64,000 nt of DNA from an uncultured Desulfobacter sp. (lineage in GTDB: Bacteria > Desulfobacterota > Desulfobacteria > Desulfobacterales > Desulfobacteraceae), in contig OY762069.1 in NCBI GenBank assembly GCA_963665095.1, forward strand, positions 3,520,001 to 3,584,000, in the 5' to 3' direction. Within the stretch, counting starts at the first letter, position 1; the number at the start of each line of letters is the position of its first letter. The position numbers were made by a program, and so were the translations under genes. Under the pieces are notes generated by a model, which saw only the letters and a program-made list of their open reading frames with translations, was not told the origin of the DNA and ran no database searches. Shown piece by piece: positions 1 through 7,645 of the stretch.

Positions 1-294
1 GCCACCAGAGGGCTTGCCACACGCTGCATCCCCGGCATCAAAGCCAACACGGTGCAATGCCTTTCCCATGTGATGCAGAGCACAGCCCTTGCAACGGTGC
101 TGGTGCCGGTGCTGGGTTATGACCGGGTGGAAGAGATTGTCCGGGCGGCAAAGGCATCTGGCCGCTCCATCCGGGAAGAGATTATCCATCAGGATATTGC
201 TTCCGAAGAGATTGTTGACACACTGCTGTCACCCAAACGGCTCTGCAAGTTAGGCTTTATTCCCGATGAGTTCGATGGGGTAAACAGAAAATGA
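1..294 (+). CDS. aspA: Aspartate ammonia-lyase (fumarase/aspartase superfamily), 3' fragment
   Basis: Frame open from base 1: ...RCIPGIKANTVQC...STALATVLVPVLGYDRVEEIVRAAKASGRSIRE...LLSP, a typical aspartase/FumC C-terminus; aspA is a known neighbour of hydEFG genes. Confidence 0.75.
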   Translation, partial: ATRGLATRCIPGIKANTVQCLSHVMQSTALATVLVPVLGYDRVEEIVRAAKASGRSIREEIIHQDIASEEIVDTLLSPKRLCKLGFIPDEFDGVNRK

Positions 295-341
295 AGTTCA
301 TGACAGGATTGAAAAAGGATTTCCCCTAAGGAGAATTGCTT

Positions 342-1547
342 ATGTCCAGTAAGGCCCCCCGCGGTGTTCGTCTCGTTATTGCGCTGGTTGGCAGGCGCAA
401 TGCGGGAAAATCGTCTCTTATCAATGCCATTTCCGGACAACAGATTGCCATTGTTTCCGACCACCCGGGTACCACCACGGACCCTGTGGCCAAGCAGTAC
501 GAGCTTCTGCCTCTGGGGCCGGTCACCTTTTATGATACAGCCGGGCTGGATGACGAGGGAGAACTTGGCGACCTGCGTGTCAAAGCCACCCGCAGGATTC
601 TGTGGCGGTCGGATGTGGCTGTGGTGGTGGTTTCAGAGCACGGCATCACCGATTATGAAAAAAAGATCATTGATGAAATCCGCGAACTGGAAATCCCCTT
701 TATCATGGTGTTCAACAAGAGTGATTTAAAAACACCTTCTGGCGAAGAGCTTGCCTTTTGCAAGGATAATTCACTGCCGTATATTGTCACTTCCGCCCTG
801 GACGGGGTGAATGTCACGGCGGTGAAAGAGGCGATCATCGACATTGCCCCGCCCGAAATCAAGCGTGAGCCGGTCCTGGCCGGCGATTTGATCAGTGAGG
901 GCGACTGGGTGGTCTGCGTGGTACCCATTGACCTGGCCGCCCCCAAGGGACGGCTGATCCTGCCCCAGGTCCAGGTGCTGCGTGAAATCCTGGACTGCGA
1001 TGCCCTGGGGATCATGGTTAAGGAGAGGGAGATTGACGAGGCCCTTTCGGGTCTGAGCCGGAAGCCCGCACTGGTGATCACCGATTCCCAGGTGGTGATG
1101 AGCGTGGCAGGAGACGTGCCTGAAGATATCCCGCTCACCACCTTTTCCATCCTGTTTGCCCGGTACAAGGGGGATATCGGCCAGCTCATCGCCGGGGCCG
1201 CCGCCATTGATGATCTTAAGGACGGGGACCGGGTCCTCATTGCCGAAGCCTGCTCCCACCATCCGGTGGCTGACGACATCGGCCGGGTTAAAATCCCGCG
1301 CTGGATCAACCAGTACACAGGCAAGGATTTGCATTTTGATGTCTATTCCGGCCACGATTTCCCCGACGACCTGGAGAGGTACAGGCTGGCGATCCATTGC
1401 GGGGGGTGTATGATCAACCGCGTGGAAATGCTGCGCCGGATCAAGGAGTGCCGCCGCCGGGGGGTGGCCATTACCAATTTCGGCCTGGCCATCTCCAAGG
1501 TCCAGGGGGTGTTTGACAGGGTGATAAAACCGTTTGGGAGGATGTGA
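342..1547 (+). CDS. hydF: [FeFe]-hydrogenase H-cluster maturation GTPase HydF
   Basis: GRRNAGKSS P-loop, PGTTTD, DTAG, NKSD, PKGRLILPQ, and Fe-S ligand motifs EACSHH and HCGGC; RBS AAGGAG 8 nt before ATG 342. Confidence 0.95.
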   Translation: MSSKAPRGVRLVIALVGRRNAGKSSLINAISGQQIAIVSDHPGTTTDPVAKQYELLPLGPVTFYDTAGLDDEGELGDLRVKATRRILWRSDVAVVVVSEHGITDYEKKIIDEIRELEIPFIMVFNKSDLKTPSGEELAFCKDNSLPYIVTSALDGVNVTAVKEAIIDIAPPEIKREPVLAGDLISEGDWVVCVVPIDLAAPKGRLILPQVQVLREILDCDALGIMVKEREIDEALSGLSRKPALVITDSQVVMSVAGDVPEDIPLTTFSILFARYKGDIGQLIAGAAAIDDLKDGDRVLIAEACSHHPVADDIGRVKIPRWINQYTGKDLHFDVYSGHDFPDDLERYRLAIHCGGCMINRVEMLRRIKECRRRGVAITNFGLAISKVQGVFDRVIKPFGRM

Positions 1548-3214
1548 TGCCTCCTGGAAAAAGCGGTACTGTTTTTGCCGGCAAGATTTTAGACCCGCCA
1601 CCTTCGGCCCGCCGAAAAATTTTCTGCCCGGGCAATACCCTGATTGTCTGCGCAAGACTGGCCTGCGGGCATGTGGAGGAGGCCTGGAGTTCCGGCCGGA
1701 TGATGCGCAACATGGATCTGCTGCTCCAGGGGGAGCTGGATGAACAGAGTCGTCCCTGTTTTGCCCTTCGGGCCAACGGTCTGTGCAATGCCGGGCATAA
1801 GCTGGCTGCAGTGCGGGCACTGGAAAACCTGGCCGGGATAACGCCGCCCAGAAATGCCTGTCTGGCCCGCAGCCTGGTCCAGGCCCTTCGATGTATTCAG
1901 GAGCATCTGCTCCATTTCTATCAGTTTCACCTCTCCAACTGGACCTGTCTGGCACCGGCCCTGCGGGCGGATCCCTGTAAAACAGCCCGGCTGGCCGAGA
2001 ATTCTGGCCGGGCAACCGGATATTTCAGGCAGTGCCAGCAGCGACTGCAGCCCCTGGTCCAAGGCAAAGGGATCAACGGGTTGGGTCTGCGGGATCATGA
2101 GGATTACTGCGGATCAAATGAGTTCCATCTTCTGGTCTTCAGCCACAGCCTGGAATCCCTCCAGACACAGGCGCTGCTCAACAGGGCGTTAGGGTTGATG
2201 GGCTATGAAAACGGGCGGTGTAAAGCCTATCATATGGGTGGCCTTCCGGAAGATCTGAACCTGGGCGGAAAGGTTCTGCAGCACCTGCGCGATCTTCTTT
2301 TGCAATGCCGGGATTTTGTCTGTTCCGTTTTCCTTAAAGACCTTGAACAGGTGGCCCGAACCTATGGCCATTGGAAAGATCTGGCCAAAGGAAATACCTT
2401 TCTGGCCCTGGGCGATTTTGGCCGCCCCCGTGACAGCGAAGGTCAGCTCTTTCCGGCCGGTATTATCTGTCTGGAAGGGGTGACCCCAAAAATTGATCCG
2501 GTGCAGACCGGCCGGATCCGGGAAGATAAGAACCCGCAATGGAACCGCCTGGACCAGGGACACTACCGTCTGGATTTTGGGGATCATGGCCCTGGATTTC
2601 ACTGGGGTAAAGGTGATTTTCACTGGCTTACAGCCCCCCGCCACGGCAGCCACCCTTGCGAGGCCGGGCCCCTGGCCCGGGTGGCCGGCGCCTTTGCCCA
2701 TGGCCAGAAGGCGGTACACCAGGCGGTCAATGACTCTCTTGCCGCCAGCGGGCTTGAACCCGAAGATCTGAACTCCGCTTTGGGCCGCCTGCTGGCCCGG
2801 GGCATTGAATCTTCGGTGCTGGCCCAGACCACCCTGGCATGGCTTGAGGAGTTGGAGACCTCTCTATCCCCGGGAGAGAGCAGGATGGGCGAAGAGGTCC
2901 GCCTGCCTGCCGCAGGTATTGGCATCGGTCATGTGGAGGTGCCAAGGGGGGCTCTGACCCACACCATCCAGGTGGAAAAAAACAGAATCATCCGCCATGA
3001 CTATCTTATTCCCTCGTTGTGGAATTTTTCCCCGCGGGATTCAAACCAGGTGCGCGGCCCTCTGGAACAGGCGCTTTTGGGAACGCCGGTGACTGATCCG
3101 GATCACCCCCTGGAAATTTTACGCATTGTACATGCATTTGATCCCTGCAACCCCTGTCATGTGGTGGTGGAGGACATGGATTCCGGGAAGACGACTGTGG
3201 TGGATGGGGAATAG
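1544..3214 (+). CDS. Divergent [NiFe]-hydrogenase large-subunit homolog (L1 motif RANGLC, L2 motif DPCNPCH)
   Basis: AWSSGRMMR, EHLLHFYQFH, APRH...EAGPLAR, EVPRGALTH, IPSLWNFSPRD...GPLEQAL, HAFDPCxxC align with group-1 large subunits; start overlaps the hydF stop (GTGA). Confidence 0.85.
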   Translation: MMPPGKSGTVFAGKILDPPPSARRKIFCPGNTLIVCARLACGHVEEAWSSGRMMRNMDLLLQGELDEQSRPCFALRANGLCNAGHKLAAVRALENLAGITPPRNACLARSLVQALRCIQEHLLHFYQFHLSNWTCLAPALRADPCKTARLAENSGRATGYFRQCQQRLQPLVQGKGINGLGLRDHEDYCGSNEFHLLVFSHSLESLQTQALLNRALGLMGYENGRCKAYHMGGLPEDLNLGGKVLQHLRDLLLQCRDFVCSVFLKDLEQVARTYGHWKDLAKGNTFLALGDFGRPRDSEGQLFPAGIICLEGVTPKIDPVQTGRIREDKNPQWNRLDQGHYRLDFGDHGPGFHWGKGDFHWLTAPRHGSHPCEAGPLARVAGAFAHGQKAVHQAVNDSLAASGLEPEDLNSALGRLLARGIESSVLAQTTLAWLEELETSLSPGESRMGEEVRLPAAGIGIGHVEVPRGALTHTIQVEKNRIIRHDYLIPSLWNFSPRDSNQVRGPLEQALLGTPVTDPDHPLEILRIVHAFDPCNPCHVVVEDMDSGKTTVVDGE

Positions 3215-3241
3215 GGCCGGATAAAAAACTGGAAATAACAC

Positions 3242-4255
3242 ATGATGAAACGAAAAAACATATTAGACGCACTGAAAGATAAAGCCGGGCAGGAGGATCT
3301 CTTTGCAGCGGCAGACCAGGTGCGTAAAACCAACCTGGGCGACACAGCCCAGCTGCGCGGCGTGGTCCATTTTTCAAATTACTGCCGGTGCAACGACCTT
3401 TACTGTGGTCTGCTCAAGGATAATCCCGGGTGCAAACGGTTCCGCATGGGTGAAGATGACATTGTGGACACAGCCCTGGCCATTGCCGGCGCCGGCCTGA
3501 AAACCGTGGTCCTGCAGTCGGGTGAGGACCTTTATTACACAAGGGAAATGCTTTGTTCGGTTATTGAGCGGATACTTTCAAAGGCGGATGTGGCCATTAC
3601 CCTGAGTCTTGGGCAGCGGCCCAGAAAGGATTTTCAGGCGTTCCGGGCCGCCGGTGCCCAGCGCTATCTCATGAAGCATGAGACCATGAACCCGGACCTT
3701 TATTCAAGGATGCGTTCGGGCCTGACACTGTCTGACCGGCTGAAGACCATTGATGACCTGCGGGAACTTGGGTTCCAGGTGGGCGTGGGCAATATTGTGG
3801 GCCTGCCCGGCCAGACGATTGCGGACCTGTGCGAGGATATCCTGTTTTTCCAGGATTTCCAGCCGGATATGATCAATATCGGCCCTTTCATCCCCCATGC
3901 CCAGACCCCGCTCAAAGATGAACCGGCCGGGGATATAGAGCTGATGCTCCGGGTGTTTGCCCTGACACGAATTGTCACCGGCAACACCCACATGGCTGCG
4001 GCCAACACTGTGGCCACCCTGGACCCTGAACAGGGCCAGTACCGGGCACTGACCCAGGGCGGCGCCAATGTTATCATGCCCAACTGCAATCCGTTTCAAA
4101 AAAGTAAAACAGACAAAATAGAATATGAGTTTCAGATTACCACCCATAAACGGTATGTGTCCGTGGATGAGGCAAGAAATGTGCTTAAACGGGCAAAGCG
4201 AACTATAGACAAGGGGAAAGGACACTCCCTTAAAATAAAAGGAGACGCGTTTTGA
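3242..4255 (+). CDS. HydE-like radical SAM protein (BioB/HydE family) with atypical cluster motif
   Basis: LRGVVHFSNYCRCNDLYCGL, TVVLQSGED, LSLG, RYLMKHET, VGLPGQT, IGPFIPHAQTPL, GANVIMPN; C-terminus diverges from canonical HydE. Confidence 0.8.
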   Translation: MMKRKNILDALKDKAGQEDLFAAADQVRKTNLGDTAQLRGVVHFSNYCRCNDLYCGLLKDNPGCKRFRMGEDDIVDTALAIAGAGLKTVVLQSGEDLYYTREMLCSVIERILSKADVAITLSLGQRPRKDFQAFRAAGAQRYLMKHETMNPDLYSRMRSGLTLSDRLKTIDDLRELGFQVGVGNIVGLPGQTIADLCEDILFFQDFQPDMINIGPFIPHAQTPLKDEPAGDIELMLRVFALTRIVTGNTHMAAANTVATLDPEQGQYRALTQGGANVIMPNCNPFQKSKTDKIEYEFQITTHKRYVSVDEARNVLKRAKRTIDKGKGHSLKIKGDAF

Positions 4256-5007
4256 TTAAAGTCGCCATATACGGCAAGGGAGGCATTGGTAAATCCACAG
4301 TGACATCAAGCATTTCTGCTGCCTTAGGCGTTCAGGGATACAATGTCATGCAGATCGGCTGCGATCCCAAGACCGATTCCACCATCAATCTTCTGGGCGG
4401 TAAGGCCCTGACTCCCATCCTTCAGTATCTCCAGGAACAGGGACGTCCTGATACCCTGGACGATATTTCCAGGCGCGGGTTTGCCAATACTGTCTGCATG
4501 GAGGTGGGCGGTCCCACCCCGGGGGTGGGCTGCTTTGGCCGGGGCATGCTGACAGCCTTTGAACTCCTGGACGAGATGGGGGCCTATGATACCTGCCGGC
4601 CGGATGTTGTGTTTTACGATATCATGGCTGATGTGGTGTGTGGCGGCATTGCCGTGCCCATGCGCGAGGGGTTTGCCGACAAGGTCTGCATTGTCACTTC
4701 CGGCGAAAAGATGGCGCTTTTGGCAGCAAAAAACATTATAACGGCCCTGCGCAATTTTGCCGACCGCAACTACGCCGAACTTGGCGGGCTGATCCTCAAC
4801 TGCCGGGACATGCCTGACGAAGTGGCGCGGGTGGACGCCTTTGCAAAGGAGATGCAGACCGAAGTGATCGGGGTGATCCCCCGGGACAGGGCCATCCATG
4901 CGTTTGAGGAGGATGGCAAAACCATTGTGGAGGGGGATCAGACCCTGCCCACCTCGGTCTGTTTTTTTGATTTGGCTAAAACCATTATCGGGTTTAAAAG
5001 TGAATAA
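4252..5007 (+). CDS. Nitrogenase iron-protein-like ATPase (NifH/CfbC/BchL family)
   Basis: YGKGGIGKST, IGCDPKTDST, EVGGPTPGVGCFGRG, DVVCGG (both [4Fe-4S] Cys retained); TTG start overlaps the upstream stop. Confidence 0.9.
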   Translation: MIKVAIYGKGGIGKSTVTSSISAALGVQGYNVMQIGCDPKTDSTINLLGGKALTPILQYLQEQGRPDTLDDISRRGFANTVCMEVGGPTPGVGCFGRGMLTAFELLDEMGAYDTCRPDVVFYDIMADVVCGGIAVPMREGFADKVCIVTSGEKMALLAAKNIITALRNFADRNYAELGGLILNCRDMPDEVARVDAFAKEMQTEVIGVIPRDRAIHAFEEDGKTIVEGDQTLPTSVCFFDLAKTIIGFKSE

Positions 5008-5017
5008 GGATATTTGT

Positions 5018-6316
5018 ATGGATCTGGATCAAGCCCGCATCAGGGTTGAACATTTACGCAAGAAGCCGGATTTTCCCTTTGCGCCTCTGGAAGGGGTTGG
5101 CCCGAACCTGGCCGGCTGGGGGGTGATCGAGACCTCCCTGATTCTGCCCGAGTCTGTGGCAGTGATGGTGGGGCCCTCGGCCTGCCTGCGCCATTCAGCC
5201 TTTATGGCCCATGCCAGGGGTTTTACCGAACGCTTTTATATGCTGTGCGTGCCGGAACTGGACATGTCCATGGGTAATCATCTGTCCCGGGTGGAGGCCG
5301 CCATCAAGGATATTGCGGACCGGCGCAGTGAAAAGGTCCTTTTCCTGATTGTGGGGTGTCCGGACTATATCCTGGGCACGGATTTCACAGGCGTGATCAA
5401 ACGCCTGGAGGCATCCACGGGCAAAAAAATAATTCTGGGGGCCATGGCGCCCATTACCATCGGGATGAAAGAGTCACCCTTTACCTCGGCCTATACCTCG
5501 TTTTTTGAGTTTTTAAAGGATGAGCCCCGGGTGCCGGATGACGGGGTGGTCAACCTTTTAGGAACTTTTATGCCGCTGTCGGATGACGGGGAGTTTTATC
5601 AGGTGCTGTCGGCCGCCGGCATGGATACGGTGCTGCAGATTCCCTTGTGCCGGGATCTGAAGCAGTTTTCAGGCATGGCCCATGGCCGGGCCTCGGTGGT
5701 CCTGCACCCCCTGGCCAATGGCCTGAGCGGCAAAATGGAGAAGGAGATGGGCATTCCCGCCTGTTTTGCCCCCACCTCCTACGGGTTTTCCGTGATCCGG
5801 GACCTTTACGGAAAAATCAGCGAGGCTGTGGGAAAACCTTTGGATATTGAATCCCATGAACAGTCGGCACGCAAGGCGGCGGAACCGTTGCTTGAAAATT
5901 TACGCGGCAAATCTGCGGCCGTGGGCTGCAGCATTAACGGAAGCCCCTTTGAACTGGCCCTGTTCCTGGTTCAACATGGTGTGAATGTGGAGACCATTTT
6001 TGCCCGGGGCGCCATCAAACCTTACGAATGGGACCTCATCGAACAGTTGCGCGGGGCAAAACCGGATATCCAGGTATACAATGCCTCCCATCCGGCCTTG
6101 TGCGGGCAGACAACCCCTTTTAACCAGGTGGAGATCGCCTATGGCGTTGACGCGGGCATTTTCTGTGTCAATGCGGCCAATGTGCCGCTGTCACGCTACC
6201 AGGAGCAGAAATACGGGTTTGAAGCCACGGTCTGGATGCTGGAACATAGCTGCGAGGCCCTGGCCAATCCGGTGGACAACTATGACTGGATCTACCGGCA
6301 CAATTTTTTGATATAA
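5018..6316 (+). CDS. Nitrogenase component-1-like oxidoreductase subunit A (NifD/NifE/BchN fold)
   Basis: GPSACLRH, ELDMSMG, VGCPDYILGTD, VNLLG, PTSYG; RBS AAGGA before ATG 5018. Confidence 0.8.
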   Translation: MDLDQARIRVEHLRKKPDFPFAPLEGVGPNLAGWGVIETSLILPESVAVMVGPSACLRHSAFMAHARGFTERFYMLCVPELDMSMGNHLSRVEAAIKDIADRRSEKVLFLIVGCPDYILGTDFTGVIKRLEASTGKKIILGAMAPITIGMKESPFTSAYTSFFEFLKDEPRVPDDGVVNLLGTFMPLSDDGEFYQVLSAAGMDTVLQIPLCRDLKQFSGMAHGRASVVLHPLANGLSGKMEKEMGIPACFAPTSYGFSVIRDLYGKISEAVGKPLDIESHEQSARKAAEPLLENLRGKSAAVGCSINGSPFELALFLVQHGVNVETIFARGAIKPYEWDLIEQLRGAKPDIQVYNASHPALCGQTTPFNQVEIAYGVDAGIFCVNAANVPLSRYQEQKYGFEATVWMLEHSCEALANPVDNYDWIYRHNFLI

Positions 6317-6325
6317 GGATCATTT

Positions 6326-7543
6326 ATGAAAGAATATCATCATCTCCTCCCCCTGGCCACGGGCTATTTCGGGGTCAGTTCGGCGCTCTATGATTTCGGT
6401 GGGTTAGTGGTCATCTACGGGCCTGCGGGCGGTGCATGGCATATCAATATCGAGGATGAACCGCGCTGGTACCGGGGGCCTGCCACGGTTGTCGGGGCAG
6501 GGCTTCTGGAAATGGATGTCATCCTGGGCAATGACGACAAATTCATCAACAATATCGTGAAGACCGCCAAAGGGTTGAACAGCCCGTTTGTGGCCCTGTC
6601 AGGCACCCCGATCTCGGAAATTATCGGGACAGACCTTAAAGGGTTTGCCCGGACCGTGGCAGCCCGGACCGATATCCCGGTGTTCATGGTGCCCACGGCC
6701 GGCTCCGAACCCTATCCCGAGGGCGCATCCAAAGCGCTTCTGGCCCTGGCAGACACCTTTATGGACCCGGATGCCCCTAAACGCCCCAAAGGGGTCAATG
6801 TGCTTGGGGCCATTCATCTTTCCACGGGCAAGGAAGGCCATCTTGATCCTCTGTTCAAAGCGGTTCAGGATGACGGGTTTGAACTGGTAAGTGTCCTTTC
6901 AGCCCCGGTTTCCGGACAGGAAGATCCCCTGGAGGGCGTGCGCATGGCACCGGGAGCCCGGATCAATGCCGTGGTCTCCACCAGCGGGATCGCCCTAGCT
7001 GAAAAAATGTTTGCAGAATATAAAATCCCCTTTGTGGCGGGCATGCCTGTGGGGCTGTCCGGCCGTGACGCCTTTCTGGCCATGCTGCACAGGGAAAGCC
7101 CTGATTTTCAGGTACCAAAGAAAGAAAAAACACCCTATAAACACGCCCTGATCATTGGCGAGCCGGTTCTTGGATATGGGATCCGGCATTGTCTGCGCTA
7201 CGACTTTGGCATCCCAAAGGGGGACGTGGTCTCAGTGACTCCCAGCGATCCACTTTTCAAGGCGTCCCAGGGCCGGGCAGGCCTTTTGGCCGAACGTGGA
7301 CCGGCTGACCTGGACACAGATGACGAACAAGCGATAGCCCAACTCATGAACAACCGGGAAGTGGACCTGGTGGTGGCAGACCCCTGTTACCAGCCCCTGC
7401 TCAAGAATAAGGCCGCTTTCATCCCTGTACCCCATGTGGCCATGAGCGCCCGCATCCATTGGGACATGGACTACGAATACGTTATGGACAACGGTTACGC
7501 CTATCTGGCGTCCTATTTGTCAGGCAATGGCCCCTGTTTATAA
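6326..7543 (+). CDS. Nitrogenase component-1-like oxidoreductase subunit B (NifK/NifN/BchB fold)
   Basis: GVSSALYDFGGLVVI, EDEPRWY, LLEMDVILGNDDK, GTPISEIIGTD, VNVLG, ADP motif; typical partner of the preceding gene in nitrogenase-like clusters. Confidence 0.8.
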   Translation: MKEYHHLLPLATGYFGVSSALYDFGGLVVIYGPAGGAWHINIEDEPRWYRGPATVVGAGLLEMDVILGNDDKFINNIVKTAKGLNSPFVALSGTPISEIIGTDLKGFARTVAARTDIPVFMVPTAGSEPYPEGASKALLALADTFMDPDAPKRPKGVNVLGAIHLSTGKEGHLDPLFKAVQDDGFELVSVLSAPVSGQEDPLEGVRMAPGARINAVVSTSGIALAEKMFAEYKIPFVAGMPVGLSGRDAFLAMLHRESPDFQVPKKEKTPYKHALIIGEPVLGYGIRHCLRYDFGIPKGDVVSVTPSDPLFKASQGRAGLLAERGPADLDTDDEQAIAQLMNNREVDLVVADPCYQPLLKNKAAFIPVPHVAMSARIHWDMDYEYVMDNGYAYLASYLSGNGPCL

Positions 7544-7645
7544 GCAATTCCCCGGGTGCAGCCTGCTGCATAAACTTAAATTTAATTTTCTTATTATGGT
7601 AGACAGGGTTGACTTCAAGGTATAAAAAGCCCCTTCAGCTGCTCA

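Noticed and set aside
771..2015. 414-aa minus-strand ORF
   Set aside because: Antisense shadow of hydF and the large-subunit homolog; no motifs.
3140..3160. Selenocysteine in the L2 motif ([NiFeSe] hydrogenase)
   Set aside because: The codons are TGC and TGT; there is no in-frame TGA.
4252..7543. Bona fide nitrogen fixation (nifHDK)
   Set aside because: P-cluster and FeMoco ligand sets are incomplete, the proteins are short, and no nifB, nifEN or PII genes are present.
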